Assembly (NCBI GenBank): GCA_051294375.1
Contig: CM119264.1
Location: 28,355,940 to 28,419,939 of the forward strand
From: Paraspadella gotoi
Lineage: Eukaryota > Animalia > Chaetognatha
Length of the DNA: 64,000 nucleotides
Reading direction: 5' to 3'
Shown: positions 51,601 through 64,000 of the stretch, piece by piece
How positions within the stretch are numbered: the first letter of the stretch is position 1
How the letters are laid out: every line of letters starts with the position of its first letter
Notes under the pieces: model-generated
Seen by the model: the letters and a program-made list of their open reading frames with translations, nothing else
Database searches by the model: none
Told to the model about the DNA's origin: nothing
Program-made: the position numbers and the translations under genes

Positions 51601-54600
51601 TATTCAAGTTTTAACATTTTATCTTGATAGGGATCATCAAGAACGATACATGACTTATCAGGAGAGAACATATGGTTCGTCGATCACGTCCGGACGAACA
51701 GAGAACACAGGCGAATGGGTTGAGGTATTTCGTCACCGCCATCCCCTTTCGAGGCTTAGAAATCTCCATGTTCTGATTTTTTAAATCATTTTTCGTTCAA
51801 GTTTTTTTGTTTTTTTTAAACAGGGAAACGTTTGGCGTTCGTTTCTTAAAGTGAGTGAGAGAGAGAGAGAGAGAGAGAGCGCACTTGAGAAAAAGGCTGT
51901 GTGAAAAACCACTTCATAAGATTTCGAGATTAAATTCAGTTGAAAAAGCGTAAAATGACGATGACGTAGCGTCCAGAGTCGAGGATGACGAAAGACTTAA
52001 AAGGAGAAAAAAACTTGGAATCAACTCGAGTGTATTTCTTTCTTTTCAGAATTGAATGTTTTTTTTCTCGGCCTATTCACCGAAACTTTTCTCTGTGTGA
52101 AGGGGCAAAATCACTGGGTGACTCACGATCCCTCTCTTCCTCTCTACACTCTACTTTCTCTTGTATTTGTTTTGGGCGGATTTAAAAAAACCCGAAGGAC
52201 TTGAACTTTCTCGAAACAAAAACAGTGTTGTTAAAAGTAATTAGAGCTACACGTTTCAGGAATAAGAGCCAAGTAGCTGAAATTAGCCCCAATTCTGACA
52301 TTATCATCACTCAGTCTTCTTTAATATTCAAGTTTAATTTTATGAACAAATTTTTTTAAAAAATTAGGAAAAAGAGGAAAAAAATCAAACTTTGTAGTCA
52401 GTAGTAGGTCTCCCGCTTTGCAATGGACAGAAAAGTTGAAGAGATAAAAGTGAAAATCCAAGAGCCACTTTCAAAAAAAATTTAGGTCCCGTCAACGGAC
52501 ATGTTTAATTCACCGAGAGAAAACAAATGTTTAAAGTAAAGGATATGCTTTAAAACAACGTCGGACCAAAAGCACCCTTTTTTTTTTCTGGCCCATGGAT
52601 GATGGGCAAAAACAATCAAGATTAATTAATTCAATGAGCGATTGGTCTACTTTTTTTTCCACTTAATTCATTGGTTTCTATCAGCGATCGATGCGAAGCT
52701 TTATGTGATTTTCTTCCCCCCCCCTTTTTTTTTTGTAAGAGAAAAACTTGTGCCCGATATCTAAAAAAACGCATTGAATCATTAGATTTCTGGTTTAGAT
52801 TTGTGGGCGTGGCTCGAACAGACGTCGATCGAAAACCGCGAGGATTGATGTAAAACGATGAAAAGAAAAATTAATGAGAGCAACAAAACCAAGTTTTTTT
52901 TTTAACTCTCACCATTTTTGACTCCGTTCACGTGAGCGACCATAGAAAAGTAGGAGTCTTCGTCTTCGGCGACGGCATCGTAAATCGGTTCCTCCAACGT
53001 CGACTCCAACGTCACGACTCCGTCCGACTCCATCGTCTGAGATCGACAAAAAAATTCACTGTACTGGAGATTTAAATATAAAGTTAAATAAATTTCTATT
53101 TTTTAAATCTGAAAGACGAAAGGTTAAAAAAAAAAAAATTTGGAAGCGATCCAGAGTAAACAGCGGGTCGGTTCACCATGGTTTAAATTAAAAAGGATAA
53201 AATTAAACATTAAAAAAACTTATCTCGGGTAATATTGACGGAGCATGAGCCTTTTTTTACCTGATCCCGACCGCGACTGGCTGCGGCGGCGGCGAGGTGG
53301 TCCTGCGCCAGCCACCGCGGCAGCCCGTCGCCCTCGCCCAGCTGCAGAGGCGGCGGAAGTCCGAGTTGGCGACGTTTAGCGTCGGTTAAAATGTCGAGGA
53401 TCAAAGTTGAGAATTCCCGTTTGTTGAATCGGGCCAACTTTTGACGACCTGATTACGAAAAGGAAATCGTTACGAGGGAAGTGATTGGTCAAAGAGCGTC
53501 ACGTGACAATCAACAACAACAAAAGACGTTACCTTGATTGCGCGTGGCAGAGAGCTCCTGGTTGACGGGAAGAAAGGGCACGGCCCCATCCAACACCAAA
53601 TTGGCATTGACGACAGAGTTTTGGAGGGACAACCAAATGTCGTCAGTCTCCCGACGATCGACCTGATTGGTATTAAAAGTGTGAGAGAAGATGTATTTTC
53701 AAATATTATTGATGGAATGATTGCAGGGTCCAGCTATGTTATGATCTTATATGATAGCCTGTCCAAAGTCAGGGGCAGGATAGCTTACTTATTGAATAAA
53801 AGGATAATATTCTATTGGTTCTTTTAGTGACAGACTTTCTATTTAATGAAAAATCTTCTCACGAAGAAGTTTTTCCTCACCTCATCGTAAACATCCATGG
53901 CGAGCTCTTCGAAGAGATGGTTGCTCAAGGCCTGCAACTTTTTCCTGGCGGCCTTGGCGAACTCGGAATGATCGAGCAGAGAGCTGTGAGGCTGGAACAC
54001 TTGATCCTGCGTCGGGGGCACGTCCGGAATGATAAAGTGCTGTCCGCTAGAGTGATCGGGCTTGCGGCCGCAGAGGAAGAAGGTCAGTCGATCTAATTGG
54101 TCGAATCCGTTAATTGCTTGGCTCTGTGATATTCATTAATTAACCACACTATTCAAGGCCTACCGGTTAATTCAAAGGCCATTTCGACAAGACGCTCGGC
54201 GAGTTCGGCGTGGCCAAAGTCTCGCGCCACCTCCACGGGGGATTTGCCGCTCGAATCGAGGGCGCCGGGATCCGCGCCGTAAACTACGAGAAGCTCCACC
54301 TTATTTTAAAACAAAATGTTTTTTCAATTCATTCAGCTAAATTTTATTCAATTTTTAAGTAGTAAATATAGTTTTCTCTTTTCTTCCCCCCCCCCACGGC
54401 CTTCTCTCGCTCTCTCTGTCTCCTCTCTCTCCTCTCTCTCTCTCAGTATAATCGAAGAGAGCCGGTTCATTAGCACCTGGTAGAAATAACTAGGAAAGAA
54501 TTGATTATTGAATCACCCTCGCTATTTACTAAGGCGAACCAAATAACGTCTTTGTCTCTGGGGAAAACAAATTTTTACATCTGGCCAATTTTTAGCCAAC

Positions 54601-55920
54601 AAACACGGAAAAATAAATCCCCACTAAAAAGTTAAACCTTGAGGCAATATCGATTTTTTTAAATCTAATGTTCCGGGATGAATGAAGAAACCGAATCAGT
54701 TTGGTTGAAAAATCATTGACCTTGAATGGAGTGTTGGTCCGTTTAATCAAAGCCGATAGTTCAAGGCAGTTGCCCTCGACTTTTCAAAGAGAAATAAATA
54801 TACATCAGAACATTTTGACGGGTGATATTTCATCGGGCCGCGAGGAACTCCCGCCCCCCACACCGAGTTGTTTATTTACATAATGCGTATAAGAAAATAA
54901 ATATCCGGGGAATGAAAATACGTAAGACCTCGGAATTCAAAAGAACGAGCAAGAATTCAAAGAAGCAATTACGGGACAAACCTGAACTCTCTTGATGGAC
55001 CAATTGCAGCCAACCTCTTTTTCCCTACCTGCAAATGTTGTCCGGCTTTGACGGCGACGTGGATTGGCATGTTCCCGCGTTCCGGATGAACAAAGTTTGG
55101 ATCGGCGCCCAGCGCCAAGAGTCGAAGACACGTTTCCAAATTCTCCGTCCTCACGCAGGAATGGAGTTGCGCGCTGAGATCGCGCGTGGGCGAAGAGGAC
55201 GAGCCGGCCTTGAAGCTACTCGTCAGGGATGCCCCGGAGTCTCCGCCGCCGTCGGCGATGATCTTGCGGACAAAGGCCTGCGTTTGGTACTTGACCTTGA
55301 TGAAGTCGGCTTTGGTCGTGTGCGGATTGTCGCGCGGATTCGGTTTCCGGGGCCAAGGAGACTTTTCTTTGGCGCTAGAGTTGTTGGGCAATGTCGAGGA
55401 GCCAGAGGGCGCGGCCGGCTTGATTGGTGGCACGGTCTGGACGCCCACAGAGGGGGCGTTGTCAAGGAGCAGAGAATGTTCCCAGAGAGCATTGGCGGAG
55501 CCCGAACCTGAAAAATAAAATAAAATCCAAAAACCTCAGATATGGTAGGAGAAAACTAATGCGATATTAATTAAGTGGGTGACGGTTCAAAGTTGACAAA
55601 ACTACCCACCGGCCAAAGAATTAACCATTGCTATAAGCCAAGGATGCCAGGTAGATTTTTTGAGGTGTTTGACTTGAGAGATGTGACGCCCCAAGCTGCG
55701 GTGGACGGTGACGCATTCGTCGCAAATGAGGACGCATCGGTTGACGGACGCCCATTCCGGATCCGGGGTCGAACAGTCCGCGCAAGTCTCGCAGCCTGAC
55801 GGATCAACAAAATGCTTGACCAAGGTGTGCGAGGTTCAGCACTGGCTTGGACTTTTGCAACTTACCTATATTCTGAGGTGAGGGTCCAGCCCTTACCGCC
55901 AAAATCTTAGCCGGTGCCAT
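48642..55920 (-). CDS. GIT1: ARF GTPase-activating protein GIT (GIT1/2 family), 14 exons
   Basis: Exons 55920-55866, 55795-55610, 55507-55029, 54299-54164, 54092-53881, 53662-53533, 53448-53261, 53036-52913, 51314-51138, 50932-50714, 50323-50237, 50156-49959, 49862-49354, 49016-48642 chain in phase. Domains: ArfGAP zinc finger CADC...ICDEC..VHRSLGRHISQVK; ankyrin repeats (LHSCVRTENLETCLRLLALGADPN, VELLVVYGADPG); Spa2-homology repeats (LFEELAMDVYDEVDRRE, NQGRQKLARFN); YDSVASDE; coiled coil; paxillin-binding C-terminus (KTEKITRKIQELL, VIQCAYEIAKAAKKLVT). Confidence 0.95.
50405..50531. repeat. Long imperfect palindrome (58-bp arms, ~6 mismatches, ~11-nt loop) in GIT intron 10
   Basis: Left arm TTTACTTTTATTTAAAGCACAATATTTCGAAAACTTCTGTCTTCATAAAAGGTGCATA (50405-50462) is close to the reverse complement of 50474-50531. 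Confidence 0.9.
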
Positions 55921-56289
55921 CGTTATGGGGAAGAGTTTCGCAATCGTGATTGATATTATTTCAGGGTGACCGGTTCACCGCCCGTCGTGTTCTTCAGAGT
56001 CCATTTTACCGCCTCGCTTAGCGGCTAAAACACCAACTAGTAGTTTATGAGCAAATGATTTGTATTGATTGGTATCGAACAGATTAATAGTAGAAATCCA
56101 AGGAGACCAAAAAGCCAGTAGATTAAATTTGAAATTAAGCGTCAAAAATGAAAATAGAATCGGCATCCATTGGGTTTTGCTTCGCGTCGGCGGCAAAGTT
56201 GGAAAAAAAGCTTTTTTTTTGTTTTCCGATGCGAAATCGAAGCAACGCGATCGAGCACGCGGCAGATGGTGGCACGCGACAACTCGCCA

Positions 56290-56405
<116 letters not shown>

Positions 56406-58538
56406 CGACTTTTAGAGTCGCGAGCCCATGGCTCTTATTTGCATAACAAACCAAATCCGTCGGGTTACGAAGCGAAACAAAGAAATCAGGTGGCAGAGGA
56501 AAAAAGAGATTCCCCCCTCCCTAACGAAAAGACAAAGAAAAATAAAAGGCATTTCTCCGTCGTCTGATTCATACTTTTTCAGCCAACTTCCGCCAGCGCG
56601 AGTCGTTTCGAATACATTTGCGGATCGTAAACGAGGATTCTATCGCGAGAATTATGTGTCTCGCTCTCCCTCTGTCTCAGACAAGTAGAAAAGATTTTTG
56701 TATGCTCAAAGCGACAGTGAACACCGTTTTTGTGTGTGTGTGTGAGAGAGAGAGAGTCTGTAAAAAAAACAAAACCGGGCTGCAGAGAAAACGAGAGGCG
56801 AAAGAGATTTTTATGACTAAGCGCGAAAGAAAATCGAAGAGCGTTGAGGCTCTCCGCTCACTCCGGCTGAGAAAGACCCGAGAACACGAAAAGGGGCCGG
56901 CCAGGGTTAATCAGCTTCCAAAGCCTGCCCCACTCCGGTAATGGTAGAAACAAAATACAAGAAAATTACTGTAGCCTAAAGTTTCGATTTTAATTTCAAA
57001 AAAGCTAACAGAATTGAAAGCAGTGGCTGCGCTTTCAAGGGGTTAAACAACTGTTACTGCGGCACTAATAACATTTTGGTACTTGAAAAAAATATTTTAT
57101 AAATCAAAACAATAATATTTTTGCTTGCATAATTTTTTTAAACTTGCATCATTTAGGATTAAAAACACATTAAAAGCATTTAATATTTTGATATGAAAAA
57201 AAAAATAAATAAAATATATGAATCAAATATTGGATGTTGATTAAAGAAAAAAACAATAATTAATCTTAAAATAAAATAATATAAAATAAAAAACAAAATA
57301 ATTTTAAAAGCTTTAAAATAATAATAATTTAAAAAAAACAATTGCTATTTTGTTAGAGCAGGTGCAAATGAAGATCTAATGGATGCAGATAAAGTTTATT
57401 TTGAATGTTCCTTTGTCTTACAAAAAAGCTTTCTTGTTTGTAGAGCCCTCTGTTAGAATAAGGTCAAAAAAAGAAATTTAATGGGACTTTTATTTCAGAA
57501 AAAAAATATTAAAAGCTTTAATGGATGTACTTAAACTAAAATTGTTTACCATTTTGTTTTTCAAAATGCTCCTTTGTTTGTAGTTTATTGAGATTAAAAC
57601 GGACAAAAATTTTCTAATTTGGGCAAAGCGATGCAAGTGAATATCTAGTGGGTGCAGACAGAAGGGCAAATTTCTATAGAAAGTAAAGTTAAATGCTCAT
57701 AGTAGAGAAAGTAAGAAAGTAATTATTTTTTTGTTATTTTCTCTCTTTTCGTTGTTTTTTTGGGATTAGCGAAAAACAAAAGTTTATTTGTTTTTGTTTT
57801 TTGTTTTTCGCTAATAAAAACAAAAACAAAAAAGCGAGATCATGGAGCTTGTTCATTTGTTTTACTTCGGATATATTGTTCGGTTTTCTTGAAAAATCTT
57901 TTTTTATATTCCTGTTAGTGTTACATTTTCTATTTGACTTCTGAATTACCGAATTTTTATTTGATAAGAAATCGACTATGTTCGACTATGTTCATTGATT
58001 TCGGAATCCCGAAAAAGTGTCCTTGCTGTTTTTAAATTACAAATATAAAAAAATTGGCCCAACTCTGAAAAACCGAAAAAAAATTGGCTATATAACAATT
58101 TCTGAAACCTGAAACCCCTAAAAAAAAAAGAAAAAAAAAAGAAAAAAAAGACCCAAAACTTTTTTTCGAAATAACTTTATAATCATTACTGGATGAACAA
58201 TAACTGAGAACAAAATCTTAAAAAAAAAAGCAAAAAAAAACCCAATACGCAGCACTTCAATAAACGATGAACCAATAATAACAATACCGAACAGTGAGCA
58301 ATGAAGCATCTTCATCTTCTTTTGTCGTTGTTGATGTTGCTGTAGTCGTTCTTCCTCACGACAGATTTCATCGGCGCAAAACGGATGGACGGATTATCGC
58401 AGGGCGTGTCATAGCGACCAAGTCTTGGACGACCCAACAGAAACTGCGCCAGCGGACGTGACGCACGTGGCATCGCCAGACGTGGCGGTCGAAGATTCGC
58501 CGTTTGACGTTTTACTCGAGTCTTCGCTTTGCATCATT

Positions 58539-58607
58539 TCACTGCGCATCTTTTGTCGCTTCCTTCTTTCTCGCCTTTTCTTTGATTTTGTCATTTTTTT
58601 GGCGCTG

Positions 58608-58643
<36 letters not shown>

Positions 58644-59653
58644 CGATTTGAGCAACAGAGGACGTTTAATTTGGTTGCCATGCTATTTTTAGCCCTACTC
58701 ACCCCTCGCTCGAATCTTCCGAACTATTTTGAGTCAATTGCAAAACAGACTTTTTTATAGACGTTCCAATTTTGTTCTGGAATGAAATGAACGACTGCAA
58801 GTAAAATTTAAATTAATCCTTCGCCGAGATTCGAATTGTAAAAACATAAAAATGTAATGAAGTTCTCACACCTTTTTGCTAAATGTGAATGTATTCGCGA
58901 TGGAACGAACGAGAGAAGCTGCACGAGACATTTTTTTCTCCATATTTTTTGAAGTTTTCTAAAATGTTTTATAGAGGGATTGGGTTAAAGCTGGGAAAAT
59001 ATTTAAAACGTTAACGATTTCAAAAAGATTTTAAGCTAGCCGTTGGTTAATTTTGATTTCAGCACCATTCTGATTTGTTTATCAGAAGGTTACCTAAATC
59101 GTAACAGTTATATAAAGCGATATAGCAGACGAATCTCTACAAGAAAGTATTCCTCGACATATTTGTTTGTACATATATTAACGAATTATTGCATAAGCGA
59201 ATGCGTATGTATATAATGAAAAAGCAAACGATTGAATAAAAAAATAGGATGAAACTATCATCTTAGCTCGCAACATAATAAATACCTTTTTTTCTGATGG
59301 AGAGTCCTTTGAACTTTCCGAATTGGAGACATTATTGATTTGTTCCGACGTCTCTTCACTCACATGATTTTCTTCGAAGGCAACGAAAATTTGTTATTTT
59401 TAAAATTAACAACTTTATAACATTTATTGTTTAAAAAGTAAGAACAAACCTCTAAAACTATTACTCATATACTCGCACGGCACAAGATAGTTTTCCAAAA
59501 AGAGCATTTTTTAAAATTTATGATTTATGATGTAAGATTTGACAATAAAACAAATGTTATAAAAACCGCAAAACTGTTGAAATTTAGTTGCATTCGCACC
59601 ACAATTCAAAAACATATTTTTACCTGATTGAGTAGACAAATAATGATCGCCAC
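58539..59653 (-). CDS. Three small phase-consistent exons (59653-59624, 59371-59286, 58604-58539) of an unidentified short charged protein, or spliced 3' exons of the ankyrin gene
   Basis: AG/GT-bounded exons join as GGDHYLSTQS-ENHVSEETSEQINNVSNSESSKDSPSEKK-RQKNDKIKEKARKKEATKDAQ*; start codon not determined. Confidence 0.4.
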
Positions 59654-60360
59654 CTGAAGATAAAACATCATCAAAAACTTATTTTCAATAATAACTTGGT
59701 TTTTGTCAAAAGAAACAAGACTGATGAGAGCAAAAGAAATTTATTCCGAAACATTAAAAATTAATCGTAACTTTTTTTCAAATAGTAAGTAGCAGTTTAT
59801 AACAATTTGCTACTTATCTTAAAGGAAAGAAAATATTACGCACTTTGAAATAAGTAACCCTGGAATGTCTTCCTCAATTTATGTCCAAACACAGTTCGAC
59901 AGTAAATAACTCGAGTAGAAGCAACAACAATACTCTTAGCCTTAATAAAATTTAAAACCTAAGCCGTTAAAGGATCGAGTGATAAGCCACTTTAACACGT
60001 GGCACATTAAGTTACAAATAATGAGGAAAACATGATACAGACGATTGTAACATGCTTCTTCAAAACGAGTCATGATTAACGCATGCAATTGAAGAGAAGA
60101 GCGGTACATAAACATCAGGTAAAATCAGAACCGTTAAAAACATGACGTGACAAACAATAAAAATATGCGTGTTACTTGGAGTAATGAAAAAACAAATGGT
60201 CATAAAATGGCTTGGGGAAAAAAAACTAAGTCTGAAAGCGTGATTTCACAGTTTAAATATTTTTTGACTATTTTACTTAAAGGAATAAAAGTAACAGTAA
60301 TAAAGACGAAATTTACTTATTAATCCAAATTATAACCTTAAAAAACCTTAAATGCAGTTT

Positions 60361-60696
60361 TTACCCCGTGTCAAAACGATAATGATAGGAAAGAAATGTT
60401 TATTGTATATTAGATATATACTTATAATAAATTTATAATATCTAGATGTTCTTTGTATAGCAATTTCAATTCGTTAATTATACATTCCCCACCATTAATA
60501 GATTTATTTGTCTAATATGTTAACATTTGATAAAAAGACGGTTTCGAGTATGTTTAGATCTAAATAAACCGTAAACTTTTTTTATTATATGAAATTTTAT
60601 GTAATGGTCTAATAAATACCCCAACTTATATTTTATGAATATATTTAAATAATTTTAAAAAAATTTAATTATGATTCGCGAATGGACACGGGGTAA
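60361..60696. mobile_element. Candidate ~335-bp AT-rich MITE (Tc1/mariner-like ends)
   Basis: Perfect 12-bp inverted repeat TTACCCCGTGTC (60361-60372) / GACACGGGGTAA (60685-60696), including TA at both ends; no coding capacity. Confidence 0.4.
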
Positions 60697-61038
60697 TGTG
60701 ATCATTAAAAAAAACTATCTTATAATTCTTAATCAATAGTGAAAAAAAAAATTTTAAGCACCGGACTTTTAAAAATGGTAAAATGTACTGTTTTAACTTT
60801 ATAAAGTATTTCCTCCAAAATCTACTATAAAAATGTTTTCATTTATTTTCATTTTTTTTCATTATTTAACCATTTAAAATTGGCATCTATCACAATACTT
60901 TTTTCGTTTGGAGTTTGGAAAAGGATAAATTTTGGGAGGGTTAAGTCTTAAAATGTAAAATCCCGATTATAATTCTAAACGATGGTGAATTATATATAAT
61001 ATAAAATAGGCACTAACACATACGTGGAACTTGAATTC

Positions 61039-64000
61039 TTAGTAAAATTCGTTATCCGAGCTTTGCCTGGATCCGTTCCTTTCGAATCCATTGTTAGGCA
61101 AACCGTCCAACCCCAAATCCAAGGCATCCTGACTTCCGAGAGAACTGCTTGTGCTTCCCCCACCCCCGCTGTTTCCCCCGTTTCTATTGGTCACCCCTAC
61201 CCCCGTCAACGCCACCTCCTCTCCTCCGTTTCCTACGTGATTATTCCCCGGGGGCGGGGAGGACAATCTCAAGGAGAACGAATCGGTGGAATGAATGGAG
61301 AGTTTATTGTGGGGCGGGATGCAGGCCAACCCTCCCCCGATCAACGGGGAGTTCGGAGAGTAGCCCTCGGAAGTTCCCCACAAGGATCCCAAGGGTCCCT
61401 GGGGGCCTCCCAACAGAAGACTGTTGCGCAGATTAAGGGGAAGGGAGAAGGAATTATGCAAAGCAGGGGGAACGGAGGAATATCCGCTGGAACCAACGAC
61501 ACCACCTCCGCCTCCTCCGGTAACGTTAGCGTAACCCCCGCCGAAATTCAAAGGGGAGTACATGGTTCCATTGACTCCGAATTGTCCGAAAGTCGAGCCA
61601 GAGTTTAAACCGGGAGTGTTCATGGCATAGTTAGTAAACATAGCCTCTATGATTAGCCTCAAACAATCGGCAACATCGTCAGATGGACAGCACGACAAAG
61701 CTGCATTGTAACCTTTGGAATCTAGCGCGTCGGAGGAGGCTCCTTTATGCAGAAGAACGTGGACGACCTGAAGAAGAATTAAAAATTACATAGGTTGTGG
61801 TGATCGATTTTCTTGCTGACGAACATTTTATAGATGTTTATTTTAGAAAACCATACCAAATGCACCCTCTTTCTCATAAAATCACCTCGACGAGCCCGGC
61901 CTTCCCGGCGAGGTGCAACGCCGTCTTTTGTTCCTCGTTGGCAGCGTCAATGAAGAGCCGCGTCGGCCGGGGATCGTTCCCTTCGGAGGCTTTTTCCAGC
62001 AACTGCAGGGCAGCTGCTTTTCGACGCTGGAGGCAGGCGAGGTGGAGGGCCGTGTTGGAACTTCGATCGCGCGCCGTCAGATCTGCTCCGGATTCCATCA
62101 ACAAATCCAAGGCTGCCTCCTAAATATTTCAATGAAGAAGAAACGTTTTAACATTTGACTAATTTAACGTCAGAGTAAAGAAATCATCCCGCCGACCTGT
62201 CCGTTCGCGGCCGCCAACATTGTTGGGGTGACGTCCTCCTTGTCTTTGGCATTGACGTCGGCGCCGTGGCCGATGAGGAGCTGGAGGACAGGTACGTGGT
62301 TGTACAAGGCGGCGGTGTGCATGGAGGTGCGTCCGCGATCGTCCTTGACGCCGTCGATCAACTTGGCGGCGGAACGGAGACGAGGGGCGCTTTCGTCGTC
62401 GTCGTCCGCCTCCATGCTCTCGTCGTCCTCGTCGTCGTCGTCGCGGCGGAAAGGGAGAGGCGACATCTCGAGCAAAATCTCCACGCAAGTCACATGACCC
62501 CGCATCGCCGCGCAATGCAGCGGGGAGAATCGAGGAAGGAGCGAAGATTCTGTACGAGTTTGACGTAAAGGGGAGTAAGGATCGTATTAATCGTATTAAC
62601 CGGACTTCGTTTCTTTTGGGAAGCTCGCAAGCTTCGCTTCACTACTCAATTTAATGACTTGAATACATGGATAGTTTACATTTTAACACTTAGTTTGATA
62701 ATTAAATTACTTATGATTGATTTACATACTTTGTTCAGATCCTTATGCTTTACATTCTCTAAGTTCAATGCCTGGTCATGTGAAGGCTTGTTACGCTCTT
62801 CTGACAAGACATTTTACAGTAGCCTCGTGTAATTCGCTTTAAAGTCGGCGCATCGACAAAACAAAATCAATGCAGTAGGTAAATACACGAATTGCAAAAT
62901 TAACTCACCGTGATTAGTCTCGCTATTTCCATTGATGATGGAATGTACATCGTTGCACCAGGATTCTCTCAGCTTTTTGTTCTCGAGCAAAAGTTCTAGA
63001 ACAGCCTCGTGGCCGAAGTAAGCCGCCCAGTGAAGCGGCGTGAATCCCCGGTGGTCGCGACAGTTAACCAAATCTGCATTATTGGTCATTGCAATAATAT
63101 TTGTAACGGCATCTTGAATTAGTCTTTAAGCATTTATTACCCAGCTCTTCATTCCCATTGGCCGTCGACTGCGAAAGAGAGATTAGCACGGCGGAATGAC
63201 CTCCCATGGCGGCGTAATGAATCGGGTTTCGGCCAATGGCGTCCTGAGCCAGGATCAACCGGGTCGATGCACTCTGAGCGTGGCCGATTAACCCCGTCAC
63301 TACCTCCTCGTGGCCCATTGCGGAGGCGTAGTGCAAGGGCGTTCGTCTCCGCGTATCGCGCGCGTCTGACGATGAAAAGTTTAATATTAAACGCGGAAAT
63401 AGCGTAATGATTACTATCTTTACAACGTAAGGTTGTTGAAAACTAAGAAACCATAAAAAAGACTTTCAGCTTTCAAAATATAAAGGTCCAAAACCAACCC
63501 AGATCGGCGCCGTGGCCGAGAAGAAAGTTGACGGTCTCCAAGTGACCGTAGAGTGACGCCACCATCAACGGAGTCTGCGCTGACGAATCGATGACGTCCA
63601 CGTGGGGGCAGTGGGCGGCGACGGAAGATGACGAGGCTGAAAGAGAAAAGCCATTGGACTTGAGTCAACGTGATAAAAGAAAAAAGAGCTGAACAGAAAC
63701 TAATCTCACTTCCGGTTTTCGATCCAACGTTAGCTCTCTGAATCTTTCGACTGGAACAGCTCCCGTGCCGCGAAAGTGTGACCGGGCCCATGTCAGTTTT
63801 GCCCTTTCGATGCCCGCCGATGTTGTCGTCCTCGACGTCGGCCATTTCCGAGGAAGCCTCGAGCAAGAGTTGGAGACATTCCGTGTGGCCGGATGCCGCC
63901 GCCGCGTGAAAAGGAGTTCGTCTGCGTTGGAAACAAATGTCAAGATTCATTCGCCCTTGAAACATCGTTGTAGTGAGGAGAGATTCTCACTTGGTCGTGT
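61039..64000 (-). CDS. ANKRD28: Serine/threonine phosphatase 6 regulatory ankyrin repeat subunit (ANKRD28/44/52 family), 5'-partial
   Basis: Exons >64000-63991, 63921-63710, 63636-63499, 63365-63141, 63073-62909, 62549-62197, 62119-61886, 61767-61039 chain in phase. Serial ankyrin repeats (RTPFHAAAASGHTECLQLLL, GFTPLHWAAYFGH, FSPLHCAA, NTALHLAC); family-type motif ALSCCPSDDVADCLRLII; C-terminus SSDNEFY. Confidence 0.88.

Overview
Eukaryotic (bilaterian invertebrate) nuclear DNA with short GT-AG introns, dense (AG)n/(GAC)n/(GAT)n microsatellites and three N gaps; there are no prokaryotic features. The right half (28-64 kb) holds three conserved genes whose exons I could chain with consistent splice phases: a delta-catenin/p120-family armadillo protein (+, 21 exons, ending DSWV), a GIT-family ArfGAP (-, 14 exons) and the 3' part of an ANKRD28/44/52-type PP6 ankyrin subunit (-). 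The left half (1-27.5 kb) is orphan-gene- and repeat-rich and of lower sequence quality. It contains the 3' end of a prepropeptide-like gene, a small membrane-protein gene, a complete secreted discoidin/F5-8C-like gene (-), and a ~7.75 kb head-to-tail duplication whose copies carry complementary frameshifts (probably a gap-filling artefact) over two further unidentified genes. The most notable signals are a 12x9-aa ENPYGT tyrosine array plus an EPIYA-like motif in the delta-catenin, the secreted discoidin-like protein, the candidate amidated peptide precursor, a minisatellite built from a splice acceptor, frequent A-rich AAG acceptors, a tRNA-Gly-like SINE and a long intronic hairpin. All calls come from manual reading; no database search was run.
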